DNA of 63,642 bases, the filler included, from Choristocarpus tenellus KU-1152 (taxonomy: Eukaryota; Protista; Phaeophyceae), in the NCBI GenBank assembly GCA_964200185.2. It is 13 parts of 13 records of this genome, joined end to end, with 100 filler letters (N's around TTAATTAATTAA, not from the genome) between each part and the next. Parts side by side here need not be neighbours in the genome. Positions count along the whole stretch, not along the records: positions 47,155 to 50,495 come from CAXNAD020020696.1; positions 50,596 to 55,038 come from CAXNAD020014534.1; positions 55,139 to 57,663 come from CAXNAD020027065.1; positions 57,764 to 61,032 come from CAXNAD020021145.1; positions 61,133 to 63,642 come from CAXNAD020027199.1; 8 more parts are not named here. One strand, given 5' to 3'. Shown piece by piece: positions 50,426-63,527 of this stretch. Under the pieces are notes generated by a model, which saw only the letters and a program-made list of their open reading frames with translations, was not told where the DNA came from and searched no databases. Position numbers and translations under genes: made by a program. The stretch's first letter is position 1. Each line of letters starts with the position of its first letter.

Positions 50426-53400
50426 AGGAAGGTCTCCAATGAGGTGTGGTGTTATAGGAAAGACCCAAAGTATCTGGGAGGGGGGGGGGGGGTCTNNNNN
50501 NNNNNNNNNNNNNNNNNNNNNNNNNNNNNNNNNNNNNNNTTAATTAATTAANNNNNNNNNNNNNNNNNNNNNNNNNNNNNNNNNNNNNNNNNNNNGTGAA
50601 AAACGGACGTCGACACCCCCCCCAGAAACAATAGCATATGCTATTGTTAGCACCAGCATACAACATTATAGCTACAACTCTATAAAAATTCCAAAATCCA
50701 CATCACCCCCTTCCACAAAAAAATATTATCAGCATGATGATAATTACCACAGTTGCAAACTTAACAAATACACATTAGCATCTTCACGCGATCATTTAAA
50801 CTCAGCTTGTTCAATCTTCACACCCTCACTCCATGCCTCTCGGATAATTCTGGATTTGTGATTCGTATCCGATTTTGTGATCCCTCAGAGATGAACCCAC
50901 TTCTTCAATTTGTATGAACAATTTCTAGGTCTGTTCTTCGCTCATGGAGATAATAGGAACCCTGCTACACCTCACCACCACCACCACATGCCCACATGCC
51001 CACATTTCGTTAGTCTCTGGATTTGTGTTCGTTTCTGATTTTGTGACTCCTCAAGGATGAAGAAACCACTTCAATGTGGGCTAATAACAGCGATTTTCGA
51101 GGTTTTGTTTTTCATCTATATATTGCCCCGGAGAACAAAAAAAGGGGTGTGCTACAATTTACATGAATAAACGGATATCACTGTTTGAGGGGTCCTATAT
51201 TCATACGTCTGAATAATGTGAGCGAAAAACTCAAACGGAACTCCATCTCACCCAAGAAAAGCTGTGCGCGATTTTCAAAACTTCCTCACGAGCTGTCCGT
51301 TCTGCGACCATATATACAAATCAATACAAAACCCTCAAGGCAAGATAATTGTTGCAAGGGTTACAAAGGTTTCGAAATGTAATCAAGTATCATCGGCCTA
51401 AATTTGAGATCCTCCATTTTCAACTCTTCTTCTGTTGGAAGTTGGAATATGTTGGAATCGGTTCCCATTGCGTAGGGATTAATATAAGTCCTTCATCACG
51501 TATGGTATCCGCAAACCTTTAGAGTTCTATATTACTTCCTTATTTCCAAGTGAATCAAACATGAACAATAGAACCTAGGAAATCCTATTATGAGATATGC
51601 GACATCATTCAACCCCAACAGGCAAACTGCTGTACTTTGGTGTTGTGCGAACCATTCAATTACGGCCCGTGGACTTTGTGTGAACTATTCGAGGAAGCAC
51701 CGATATCATTAAACTTTTTTCATTCCTTCAAACGGAAGTTAGGGTTATCTTTTACAAACAGGTCAGAGTTGGGGTTAGGTTTAGGTTTTAGAAAAATTGT
51801 GCGAAAAAATGAAAAGAAGATGATAGTGAGTGGTGGTAGATCGTTGAGAGGTGATAGTTCCGTAGTGCACACTGTACTGCTGCACCACAGTGTAAAAGTT
51901 CTCCCATAATGTTTCCTTGGCTAGTTAGATATATTATTCACACATACGTTGGAGTTAGGGTTAGGTTTCCAAAATGAGTGCGAAAAAGTTAAAATACGTA
52001 TATTATAGTGGTGGTTCCTGAAGAAGGGGGGGTTGCCCTGTGCACTGTACTGGTTCACTCGGATGGTCTGGGCATACCCCATACGGGCTTCCCTCACGTT
52101 GGTGTACCTGACAGCTTCATCCCCTGCTCTGCAGCTGTTTGACGGAACATGGACACACCAACATAGTTCAAAATGAGGAAAACGTGCTAGTGTGCATGTT
52201 GGTGGATGAGGAATTAGCAACTGGGGGCCAATCGTCAGGGGGTTCCAGCTTTGTGACTTCGACTGAATACAAAGATCCGTCCCGCTCAAAAAAAGAGCAA
52301 GCGGCAGACCTTCCCTATCAGAAATGCATTATGCGCCTCCTGTGCAAGTAATAGACCCCATCAGCCATGGTGGCAAAGTGAGAGAGAAAAGGATATTATA
52401 GGCGAGGCCAGGGGAGAGAGCAACTGATTCCAACATGACATGAACATGCTCATCCTGGCCTACTTTGAAGTTTAGGTCCAGCATGCCATTACCCTCTATT
52501 GGTGATAAGAGTGCATTTTAGTAGTCATAAGAAGGCTATGATGACAGTGTTCTTAATTGTACATGTGGTATGTTAGTTGGGACGTTGGTCGCACTCTTGG
52601 GTGCGTGAGTAAGAGATGACATCCCTTGATCGTGTTGTACTGATCCACCTTGGTGTGATGTAGGCCTGTGTCCTTAATTCCCCCTTGTCAAAATGCTATT
52701 CCTTGGCTCTTTTCTTCCGAACTGGAGTTCCCCCCTCTTCCCCCCTAATTGATGTCTGCCCCCCCCCTCCTTGAAATAGTCAAAGCGGTAGTAGCCATTG
52801 CACTTCAAGAAAGTACAATCCCGTCCCGTGAGATACGCAACACACGGAAAATAACTCCTTGTCTCCCCGGAAGAAACCCCCTCTCCCCCTTTTTCATCCC
52901 GTCTTAGGGATTTGGATTCTGACCGGTCTGAGCCCCAGGTACGTTCACATTTGGGGTCCATGATCAAGAGTTCTGGGAGTAGAGTGTTAGCAGCAAGTTC
53001 TTTCCCTGCTAGGGGTCATATCCAATTTCTAAAACGATGGGACTGGGGCGAGAGTTATCCGCACATATATATTATGGTGCTGTAAAAATCTGATAAAAAA
53101 TATTACTATTAGTAACAGCGTTTTCTCTCGATTGGTCGTAGGGGTCGTAGGAAATAGGTGGTAAGATTGATTAACTAAGACCTTGATTTGGAGATATTCA
53201 AACCCTGCTTTTCAAATCACTGTTGTGAAGTATATACTGCTATGAATCATGATCCAATAAAACTCTCCGATATACTTTTTCCTTTTTCTTATGATCAAGA
53301 TGTCCTAAAACATCAGATATAGATATTCTTTTTGTGGGATTTCTTAGAAATACTATTGTTTAGAAATAAAATATATACTACGTGCAAATATATTTTTCAT

Positions 53401-54455
53401 TATTTATATATTTTATTTCAATTGTATTGTTGTAGAGTGTAAAATCAATCAATAACGAAATCCATATAATGAAAAGGTTGTGTAATAAAACAGTCAACTT
53501 CAAATCACTATGAAAATAGACACAGTTGAAGGTTGTAGGTTGGTATTCTTGGAAATAGAACTATTAGAATTATTATGATATGTCTTCCTTTTCAAGTCCT
53601 CTTTTCGTTGAAAAGTGGAATATGTTGGAATCAGTTGCAATTCTCTTTGATGTTACACTGATCTTTGTAACTGACTCCCCATCCAACTTATGCCATATTT
53701 TTTATTGAAATATTCAACGTATTGTAGAACCCTTTCGAACCATAATGTGATATTTTGTGATATTAATTGAGCTTCACAAACAACATACTACATACTATTA
53801 CTAGTAATAGACTGATCTGATCCACTATTGTTTGCAACATCCAGTCCATCAACACACCCAGATTGTCTGTAAAATGGAGAGAACCGAAAGTTCTACATCT
53901 ACATATCTACATTATTGTTGGCAGACCTGTCACATACTATCAGGTATCTTACATACTCAGGTCCCACTATAAAGTCCTCCCTTCACCACGACCAGGACAA
54001 TCTCATCATACATGGATCGTTTCACCCATCCCCACACGACCCTACACAGCGACCAGGAGTTCTTCATGTACGACATCCTCGCATGAACACGCACTACTAC
54101 GTAGTACCAAGTCAATCCCACACCCGTGACAAGTTGATCTCAATCCATCCCATACCTGGCCCCTCCTGTTCCTTCCGCCCAACTCAGCCCTCTGCAACAA
54201 CTCAATATACACCAGGGTTCAATGCAGTTCCTGATACAATAATTTGCCTTGATTTACATTTGGAAACGAAGAGTCAGGTCAAGGCAGGAGAGAAGAAACG
54301 ATCACATATTGATTTTGCATTCAATTTGTTGGGTGTCTGTTGTATTGAGTACTCGTTAGCAGCAATTGAGGAGAAAGGTTAACTTCATAAGGCACGAGTA
54401 GGAACTCGCTTCTGCTGCGGAAACTTCGGCTGAGGGTGCATGCCACGTGATTATC

Positions 54456-54687
54456 ATGCGAAAGGAAGACATCGAGGATAATGCCTCAAATATTCCAAAC
54501 AATGGACCTACAAATCGAAAGGCTGCTCCGGTCGATGGTGCGCAGGAAAGTGGAGGACATGGAAGCCCAGTAGCACCTCGTACCCTGAGGTCGCCATTCA
54601 ATCTCGCGGAGAACCGAACAGACTTGATCCAGGAAATCACGGCAGGGGTGTTGGGCTGGCTCTCTGTAGCATCTAATCTTCCTATCT
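54456..54687 (+). CDS. First exon of an AzgA/NCS2-like nucleobase permease
   Basis: FNLAENRTDLIQEITAGVLGWLSVASNLPI parallels the AzgA N-terminus F.L.ENGT....EI.AG.TTFLTMAYI. It ends at a gtgagt donor, and the rest is lost at the spacer. Confidence 0.6.
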
Positions 54688-57600
54688 GTGAGTGGGTAGT
54701 GATTAACAAACTTGTCTTCTCGTCCAGGAAGCGTCGTGAAGCAAACTGAAAGTTGGTACATAGTTCAAATGTGTACACGTTGCTTGGAATCACGAGGGAT
54801 GGTGAAAACAGGACTGGGTTGTATGCAAGACAGTAGAGCCCTGAACTGGAAAACTTTAATTGTAGGGGAAATATTGCTTTTCATGTTCCAAGTAATCCCT
54901 GTACTGAGCTACCATTGCTTAACCTCAGATCAAACATCTTTCTTAAAACTGAAGGAAGTCATAAAATAGATTGATACACCCCACCTCAAGTGATTCCATG
55001 CTCCATGAGCTTACTGGGTCAAAGTATCTGTGGGGGGGNNNNNNNNNNNNNNNNNNNNNNNNNNNNNNNNNNNNNNNNNNNNTTAATTAATTAANNNNNN
55101 NNNNNNNNNNNNNNNNNNNNNNNNNNNNNNNNNNNNNNTTTTGCAATGCCTTTCTAAGGTTTGAAACCCCCCCACGTCCCCCCCCCCCAGTAATTCTGTA
55201 ATTTTTCTAGTTTGGTAGGCACAGGGAGTTGACACAAGAAGAAAAGAGTGCAGTGCTCTATGTGTTTCAAGTGGAGTGGTGAAGCTGGGGGTGATATCCA
55301 ATCTCTGGGTTTACTATTATTGGAGAAATCAACTTGAAAAATTAGCATATTGGTATATTCTGGATATATGGCGAGCTGGAAATGGGAGGGGGAAGGTTCT
55401 TTTTTTGGAATTGTTTCTCCACTATGAATACACCATTCGTGATGACCTATAATGGTCAAGGTGGAACTTCTATGTCAAGACATCAATCGAAACTGCTGAA
55501 TCCGAGAGAGACTGATACTATGTATCACATGAGAGTTCATGTACAACGCATATGATCTATCAGCTTTAGTGAAAAACTGATAAATACACTGTAACCCCAT
55601 ATATGGATATGTCACAAATTGCAGTTGGTTCTACCTAAGAAAGAATTTTGACAAGAGATACGTGAATTCTCTTTATTTGGACTTGGGGTGCCATACTATG
55701 AACTCTGGGGTGGAGTACAGTACTGTGGGACTGCTCCAGGAGTAGACCTGTATGCTCACCTCTCTAACGAAGTCAGTGCTGCTAAAATACCATGCAACAA
55801 AGTGCTCTATGTTGTTTGTGAAGGATGCTGACATAGTGGTATTGCTGCCGTCAATGGAAATAGTACAGCTTCCAGATGTGTTCTACATATATATATTCAT
55901 ATCATTATGCCTCCGCAAGAATGGTGTATTGTCATCTGCCTATCAGGCCCTAACCTTGATAAAGAAAACAATATTGTTGGTAATTTCCCGTTGATAAGCG
56001 CTCTTCATCCTGGACATCATGCAGTACACGCATTACATTTGATAGAAGTAGCCTTTATGTGGCATTCAGCTGAGTAAGTGCACTCACCCCTCAATGACCC
56101 CATCCAGTCCCATCCCACCCCCTATCTCCACTTTTAGCAGATGTTTACGATGGTCAACACTGCCTTCAGAGAACGTCTGTTACCCTATCTTGCACTACGC
56201 TATGCAGGGCAGGCCGTTGTAAACAATCTTGCAGTTGTCCGCTTGAATCCACTGAGCCTCTCTGATGCGGTGAGGTCTTGTGGGGGCCCACAAATGTTTG
56301 AAGGTTGAAGTTTTGAGAGTGTTTTTGGCTGGTGTTTATCCTTCATATATTTGATGTGTATGGGGACTGGTCCCAAAAATGTGAATATATTTTTGAGGCC
56401 AAACATAATGCAAAGTTGGTACTACAACACTGCACTTACATGCTATCATATGCAAGCTATCTATTTGATACTTAACTTTTCATCTGTTGTCGGTGCTTGA
56501 GAAGTAGACCAAGAATTGATTTTGCTCCCATCTTTAAGGCTTTCTGTCCCTGATACTCTATCCACTCCACCTGACACAACCTATTACTTCCCAAGCTATT
56601 AACAGGGGCTATGTACCGTTCATATCTCCATCCAAAGTGGTTGTAGCGGCCATACCTAACGCTAACCCTAACTATATTGACAAGGGACCACTGTTACGTA
56701 TTTTCACTAGACCGTTTGGCACTGGAACATCCTTCATTTTGATTCCCTCTTCTCCGACTGCTCGACAAAGGATGATGCAGATCACATTGTTCCTGGGCAT
56801 CTAGCACTAACTGTGGAGCTCAGTCCACCGGAGGAATTTATTGGGGGGGGGATTTGGCTGAGAGTGCTGGGGAAGTCGCTCTCGATTGCCCACGGCTCAG
56901 TGTTAATTTTCCCATCTAGACTGTGGTGAGGCTTATGGAGGGACTGAGGGAAGGGGGGGGGCAGGGAAAGAGTAGATGGATGGGACCATTTTATACTAGA
57001 TAAGAATGCCTAAAGTGTCAATTTTGATAATAAAAAAATTGAGCTGGTGGGTGTTGGTGGTGTTGGAAAGAAGGATGCCATATTGTGTTTTGTGTGGTGG
57101 TATGAGGTGACTGTTTTGTCTGCCTTGGGTGAAATACTTCTGAGACAAATTGGTTGATATTGGGCTTCCCAGGCAGACCTGTGGAAAAGGGTTGTGGAGT
57201 AGTGAAACCTGGCTATTTTTTTCTGCCTTACAATCTTTTGGTAGGTGGAAATAAACCTCTTGAAGACACTTTTGAATAAGAATACAATGGTTGGAAATAT
57301 CCGTCCATAGGTGTTGCCATCAGGGTTATATTGATGATTGAGAGCGAGCTGTGTAGGGGTTAAGGTTTATGGTGTGGTTGAGCAATTCTTCGTTGGGGGC
57401 AGAAGGCATAGAGTTCTGGTATGTGCACCAAGCATGCTCGTCTATTTTCTGCTGGGAGACACATGGTTTTGTGAATTAATTACCTTACCTGTCAAGGAAT
57501 TCCCTATGACAGCATGGTTTTTTCCATTTAGGCAGTTATCTCTACCTATGATGGAGGTTTCGGGACACCTCTTTGTCCATCAGCAAACCCCCTTCCCCCC

Positions 57601-60600
57601 CCCCCCCCCCCCCCCCCCCCCTTCCCCTCTTTTTTTCCCCCCTCCCCCTCCGCACTCGGGGGGNNNNNNNNNNNNNNNNNNNNNNNNNNNNNNNNNNNNN
57701 NNNNNNNTTAATTAATTAANNNNNNNNNNNNNNNNNNNNNNNNNNNNNNNNNNNNNNNNNNNNCCCATAGTAGATCCAAGGGGGGGATGGGGAGGGGCAA
57801 GCATCTTTTTGGTGCCTACATTTCTCTGTGGTGATTTAATGTCAACTCAGTGCAAGGGTCAGATGTAAGGGCAATTCCTTAATCTGAACGCACCTTTCAT
57901 TTACACCCCCCAACCCTAACCCTAGGTCAACTCTGACGAAAAATTAGCCACAAAACGAGCATCAAACTGGGGTATCTTACAGCACCCCATCAAACTCCAA
58001 GTAAACCACTTGGTTTAAACACCCCCCCGCCCTTTAGGATACTATAAGCCAAATGTAGTTGAGAAGAAGAGTGTAGACTCTCCAATTTACTGTGTGCATT
58101 CTTTGTTGTATGAGAAATGTCCTCTGAGCAAGAGATAATTTTTTTTTTGGTATAACATAGGGACTTCGTGCTGGCACATGCCACCGTTTATAGGAACCTG
58201 CCGAGATACTTGACACTGCCACTGACACAAAACGAAAGGAATCAAACCATCAACCGATTGTGGTGTTTTGAAGGAGACGAAATCTTACGCAGCTTGCACT
58301 CTTTCGGTATCCAGCGTTTAAATTTTTTCCTCATTCTCAAATGACTGCAGTTTGACAGGAAAGAAATGGATATTCTTGGCTTGGTATGGCTTCACGACCA
58401 AGACAAATCGCGGGGATGCTAGGGTACTACCATCTCGGTGGAGTTAGGACAACGACCAACATACATAGAGAGGAATGACACATTTTTTTTTCTGTACAAA
58501 GTCCAGTATAACGTGACGGAGTGTGCAGAGAAGGGGGGCTGAGAGAGGCGACAGACCCCCTTTTCCAAAAAAAAATAGAGTGTACGTAAATAGAGTGTAC
58601 GTGTCTGCAGCAAGAGGTTCGGCGTGCACACTTCTTTCTTCGTGACTAGGAAGTTTGGCAGGGTCCATGAGATATACTAGGTAACGATATATCTACAGCC
58701 TTGATCATGTGCTGCTTGTTAGTACACTGTTCAACTCCCAATAGTGCAGTGTTGTATAAGGAAACTGGTTCTAAATCGCGATATCCTTGCCAGGGAAGCA
58801 CAGGTGATAGGACATAGAAATATTAGGAACGGAATTTCCCAGTGAACGACAGCTTAGGATACGAACCATCTAGAATGTACCCAAACAAGAGTGAGTAATA
58901 GTGGATACGAAACGACACGAGGATCGGTTCCAATGCTCCGTCTTTTTGTTAAACGAGAATTATCGTAATTTAATTGAACCCTGTTTTATATCAGCATTAC
59001 CTGCCCTAACCCAATGTTGAGAGACCGGTCACTTATAGTCCTACTGTGTGAAGTAGTACAACTTTGTGTGAACTTCGACAAGCAACAATATCTGAGGGAA
59101 TGGATAAGTGCAGTATTAATAGTATAATACATAGTGCAGCGATACACATACTTTGGAGTATAATGTTTTTAGAGCATCACTCAATTGTTTATGCCAGGGT
59201 GTCTGGGATCCGTCACAGAGAGAACATACATGGTAAGGGCTGCTTGGGAAAAGTCGAACAGGTGAAAATGTGAATATATTAAAAAATTGAACAAATCAAT
59301 AGGTGTTTTGAAGGATAATTGCAAAGTATAAGTGTTGGCAGTTTTGGACACCAAGGGTGTGTGTTCGTACATGACCACTCCCCCCCAGATTGTTTCTGTT
59401 CCAATATTTAAGTAGTCATTTAATCTTACTTAGATGGGTCTGTGTGGGCCCAGTTGAGAGTCGAGCCCCTTTTTTTCTCCTGCCTGGTATCCCACTCACA
59501 AGCCTGGAATGTATCTGACCTCGCTTAGAATTATGTGGTTATACACGAGAAGACAGTAGGGCGTCATAGAGGCCCCAAATACTCAACGACAACCCTACCT
59601 GAGATAGAAAAGAAGTGGGGTGAGAACTGACAGGTTGTTGCCGGAACGCCATTTAGTCCAAAGAGGATGAATTGATACCTCGCACATGTCCCACCAATCA
59701 TGAGTCAACTAATCTGAACATTACACAACTTAATTGTTCAGGGTCAGGAGGACATAATCAAGGGTTAGGGTTAACATTGCACAACTTGATTGTTCAGGAT
59801 CATGTGCACATAATCGATTCTAGTATGAAAGCAGGAACGACAAAAGTGTGCAAATAAACACTTACACCGAGCAATCTGTCGATACTGGAGTCACACCACT
59901 AAATGCCACTGTACCTGGAGTTGTGGTTTTCTCTGCTTCTTATCTTTTTATTTTTGTGGACGTGATTGATGGATCAACCTCTTTTGACGGTGGAGTGCTA
60001 ATTATTTTTTGCTCTCTTGTGCATCCCCCTTTTGACTACAGGTTGGAGTATGTTATGTGTTCCTTCCTTGTCCTTGACAGTATTTACCGCATATTATTTC
60101 TTTCGAGCATGTTCGGAGCATACTTTGAACTAATGTGTGAAAATCAATCAATATAGTAAAGGCACGTTCAACTATAGTACTGAAAAAAATGATGCATGAA
60201 ATTTATATTTCGGTGAGTAATATGAGTAGTAATGAAATTCCATGGAGGTTGTGATAGCCGACACACGTCATACCAAAGCAGGAGGTAAGGGAGTCCAACC
60301 AGATCAGGAGATATGCACACTACTCATCATTATCGGGTGAATGATGCTTTGCTTATTTCTTATTTTGGGGTTTATCATTATTTTGTCCCTATCTCCTTTG
60401 TTATGATGATATGTGGTGAGTAGTGTTTCGGACTTTGGAAACTCCCGTTGTGACATCGATTTTTCCCCATCCCCTCTCTTTCCTATAGAACTCCACAACG
60501 TGTTTTACCCTGACTTGCTTATCTCCTACCCCGAGTATTTCAAAGTTTGTTTACACCATTCGGAACGATATTGACGATTTGTGCACACGCTTAAAATTTT

Positions 60601-60989
60601 ATCCTTTGTTGAACGAGAGTAGGGGGTGGTCACCATCAGATTCTTTGTGCAGAGTAGGCGCTGTTTTGGACATTCAATGGCAACAAATCCGTCAAGTACA
60701 ATCTTACAGTAGGTCAAATGGCAGGGCCTCCATACGGTAGTTGAGACAATCTGCCTGATAGGCGAACACGATCTTCCTACAAGGTATTCACGCCCATGTC
60801 CCCCTATATCCAACTTCATTCCTCCTCCATTTGCTACGCAACTGAAAAGAAAATGTACACGTCATGACATTCATTATAAAAACTTTAGTATTTTTTGGTG
60901 AACATGACAATCTATCATAATAATGACAATCTATCATACTCCCTAAGATTACAGAGTAACGTTTTAAAATACCTGGTTGATAAATATTT

Positions 60990-61032
60990 TATTATTATGC
61001 CCTCTGACATTTTGCAGATGTGTCAGGGGGAA
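60990..61032 (-). mobile_element. 3' terminus of the RLE non-LTR family at a contig end
   Basis: Reverse complement ttccccctgacacatctgcaaaatgtcagagggcataataata. Confidence 0.75.
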
Positions 61033-61223
61033 NNNNNNNNNNNNNNNNNNNNNNNNNNNNNNNNNNNNNNNNNNNNTTAATTAATTAANNNNNNNNNNNN
61101 NNNNNNNNNNNNNNNNNNNNNNNNNNNNNNNNTTGCCGTTGGTCAATGGTTACTTGGCGGACGGGGGGGGCCGCCCACCTCTCCCCCCCCCCCTCCTTCC
61201 AACCCCCCATCCCGATTCTCTTC

Positions 61224-63527
61224 TTACTCCTCTTCGCCATCCCCTTCATCCTCCTCTCTATCATCCTCTTCTTCCTCCTCGTCCTCCTCTGCGTCGCTGA
61301 CATACTCCGGGTCTTCTTCCATGGCAGAATCACCGGCGCCCCTCCATACCTTGTGACCTTTCCCCTTTCCACCCGTGCCGGAAGAGGGACACTTGCACTT
61401 TCTAGTGGTCATTGGCGTCAAGTCCGAGTTCGAATCCAGCACTTCGAACCCACGAGAACGCACTACCGTAAGACCCGGGAGCACGTTGAATGGTGATCTC
61501 GTGTCATTCTTTGCCCGGGGTTTGCACACCCTCCCAACTACGGGTGTGACGAACATCTGCCCAGGGCCAACCTGGGAGAAGGGGAGGAGGACCTGGTGAT
61601 GGCTTCCACTCTGTGGAACTTTTGACGTGAATTCAATGTTGGCGTCGTCTGCCTTCTCGGTCCAAAGCATGTAGTAGAGAGGGCAAGTGGCTGCCATGCG
61701 CAAGTAGAGCTCTGCGCGCGGCCCACACACCTCCATTCCAGGCGAAAGCATGCGCTTGAGCTGTCTATTGTTGGCCACATGAAGCAGCTGAATGCACTGT
61801 TCTTCTTGGTCTTCAAGAGAGATCGAACGGAAGGCCTCTGATCGAGAGTTGCACACTTCGAGATCACCCCACGCAGGGAAGTCATTTCCGCCGACTTTGT
61901 AGTCTTTCCCTTCAAGTGGGAATAAGGCCATTTCTGTGGGATTCGAGGATGAGCTTGCACGCGGCTGAGCATTGCGGAAGGCAAAGACGGCGGTGGGGTT
62001 GGGGGGGGGTCGAGGGGTGTTGGGGGGTGGGCCAGAGTTCGGTCATTCATGAATGTTTGTGATTTGGAGGTAATCTCGTCCGAAGGTGGTGCAAAAACGG
62101 CAACCTTATTGTGGCAAACGTTGAACACAAGACGGATCCAATACTTACCCGCAAGTCCCATAGTTTTCTACGCGACGTATTTGGGTGCCGCATTAGATAG
62201 GTTCGGACTCGGGAATGAAAAAAATGTTTTTTCTGCGTGCCAAGAGCTTGACTCTGCCGTTCGTTCTTCACAAAATATGCAACGAAGTGCATTCTATACC
62301 ATATTCACCTCGATCTGGTAGCCGAAGTCCGTTGCCACCGTCTTCGCAACGAAAACGGTCGCCTCATCGCGTCCCATTGTCTTTCCCTGAGGATTGACTG
62401 CCTCATGAGGCTGTGTCTCCGTTGGGACGAGGGTTTGCCCCAAGGCTTCCGGCAGGCAGGAAGGGCCTATCACGCATTCTTGAACGGGAGACGTGGATAC
62501 CTGCAACATCATGTGCGTACATGTGACAGCCCAACCATGTAGCATTGAAGTGTTTGCCATGCGATAAGGTTTCGTCACGTATGTAGGGGTTATTCGGGCG
62601 TTAGTTAAAGATCTTGTGGTGTACCGCAGCACGTTTGTTTTTTCGTGTGGGGAAGGAGGACATTACGACGTACCGACGCTCACACACACAAAAAAAAGTC
62701 TTGGGGTCTCGCGATTTCCGTTTGTGGTGTGGGTAACCGCTTGCACCGTGTTAGCAACGTGTAAACATCGATAAGGAAACATCACTACAACAATCGCACG
62801 CCCGAGACCTATCCATAGGGAACCAAGACAGACAACAAGTTGGAAAGCAATGGAAAAAAAGTCAGCACACCCTTCTTACCTTCCACTTGCCGTCCTTGTA
62901 GGCTTGGCCGAAGGAGGTGTCCATTTTCTCTTTCACCTCGTCCTTTGACGCCTCATTGGACACGAACACCTCCACCCTCCTGCTCTGTTCAAGGGCCGCT
63001 TCCACCACGTTGTGCCTCTCTGCGCTGAAGGAGACGACAGTGTCCCCAGCATTCGTGTACCTATCATAGGAGGGAAGTTCGTCAATTATCGCGAGGAGTA
63101 CATTGTATTGCGCACGGATTCATCATATCGCAATGTATGAGTAACGTAATGACACAGGGCAACACACTCTTGGTGCGGTTTGATGCTTAACGTACTGATT
63201 AAGGGAAACACACTCGTGGTATGGTTTGACGCCCCTTAACCGTCACCCAGCTTGTTGTGTTACTGTTTAACGATGTTCTACACTTATACGAAGAAAGTCG
63301 CTGCTCCCGTGAAGAAGGGTGTGTGTGACGTTATTAACGAACCTGTTAACGAGGAAGTGGAGGGCCCTCATGGGGATGTCCGTTGCAGCACCTTGGTACT
63401 CGATGTCACACATGGTTTTAAGTACCGGAGGAGATGCATCACTCCCGTCGCCAAAGATGTCGTCGACGGTGACTCACTTGTTGCATGTGAACTCTGTCCC
63501 ATCGTTGTGCGCGAGAAGAATCATGTC
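61224..63527 (-). CDS. Multi-exon gene: degenerate N6A/N4C DNA-methyltransferase-like region, SET-like region and acidic tail (exons 63527-63343, 63060-62880, 62500-62309, 62167-62149, 61933-61224); 5' part outside the window
   Basis: GT-AG junctions are phase-consistent. DIPMRALHFLVNR|YTNAGDTVVSF...VEAALEQSRR resembles beta-class MTase motif X/I. GYQIE|KTMGLA|EMALFP...AWG...CPLYYM...ANIEF resembles a SET domain. There is an in-frame TGA at 63476-63474. Confidence 0.6.

Noticed and set aside
8555-55038. Family B MITEs concentrated at contig ends as a positional preference
   Set aside because: Explained by assembly breaking at the G/C homopolymers in a high-copy repeat.
57990-60850. Several exon-like minus-strand segments
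   Set aside because: They could not be joined into a consistent frame with a recognisable product.
8596-61132. Regularly recurring TTAATTAATTAA palindrome as a biological repeat or array
   Set aside because: It is always centred in exactly 44+44 Ns and gives stops in all six frames, so it is an assembly spacer.
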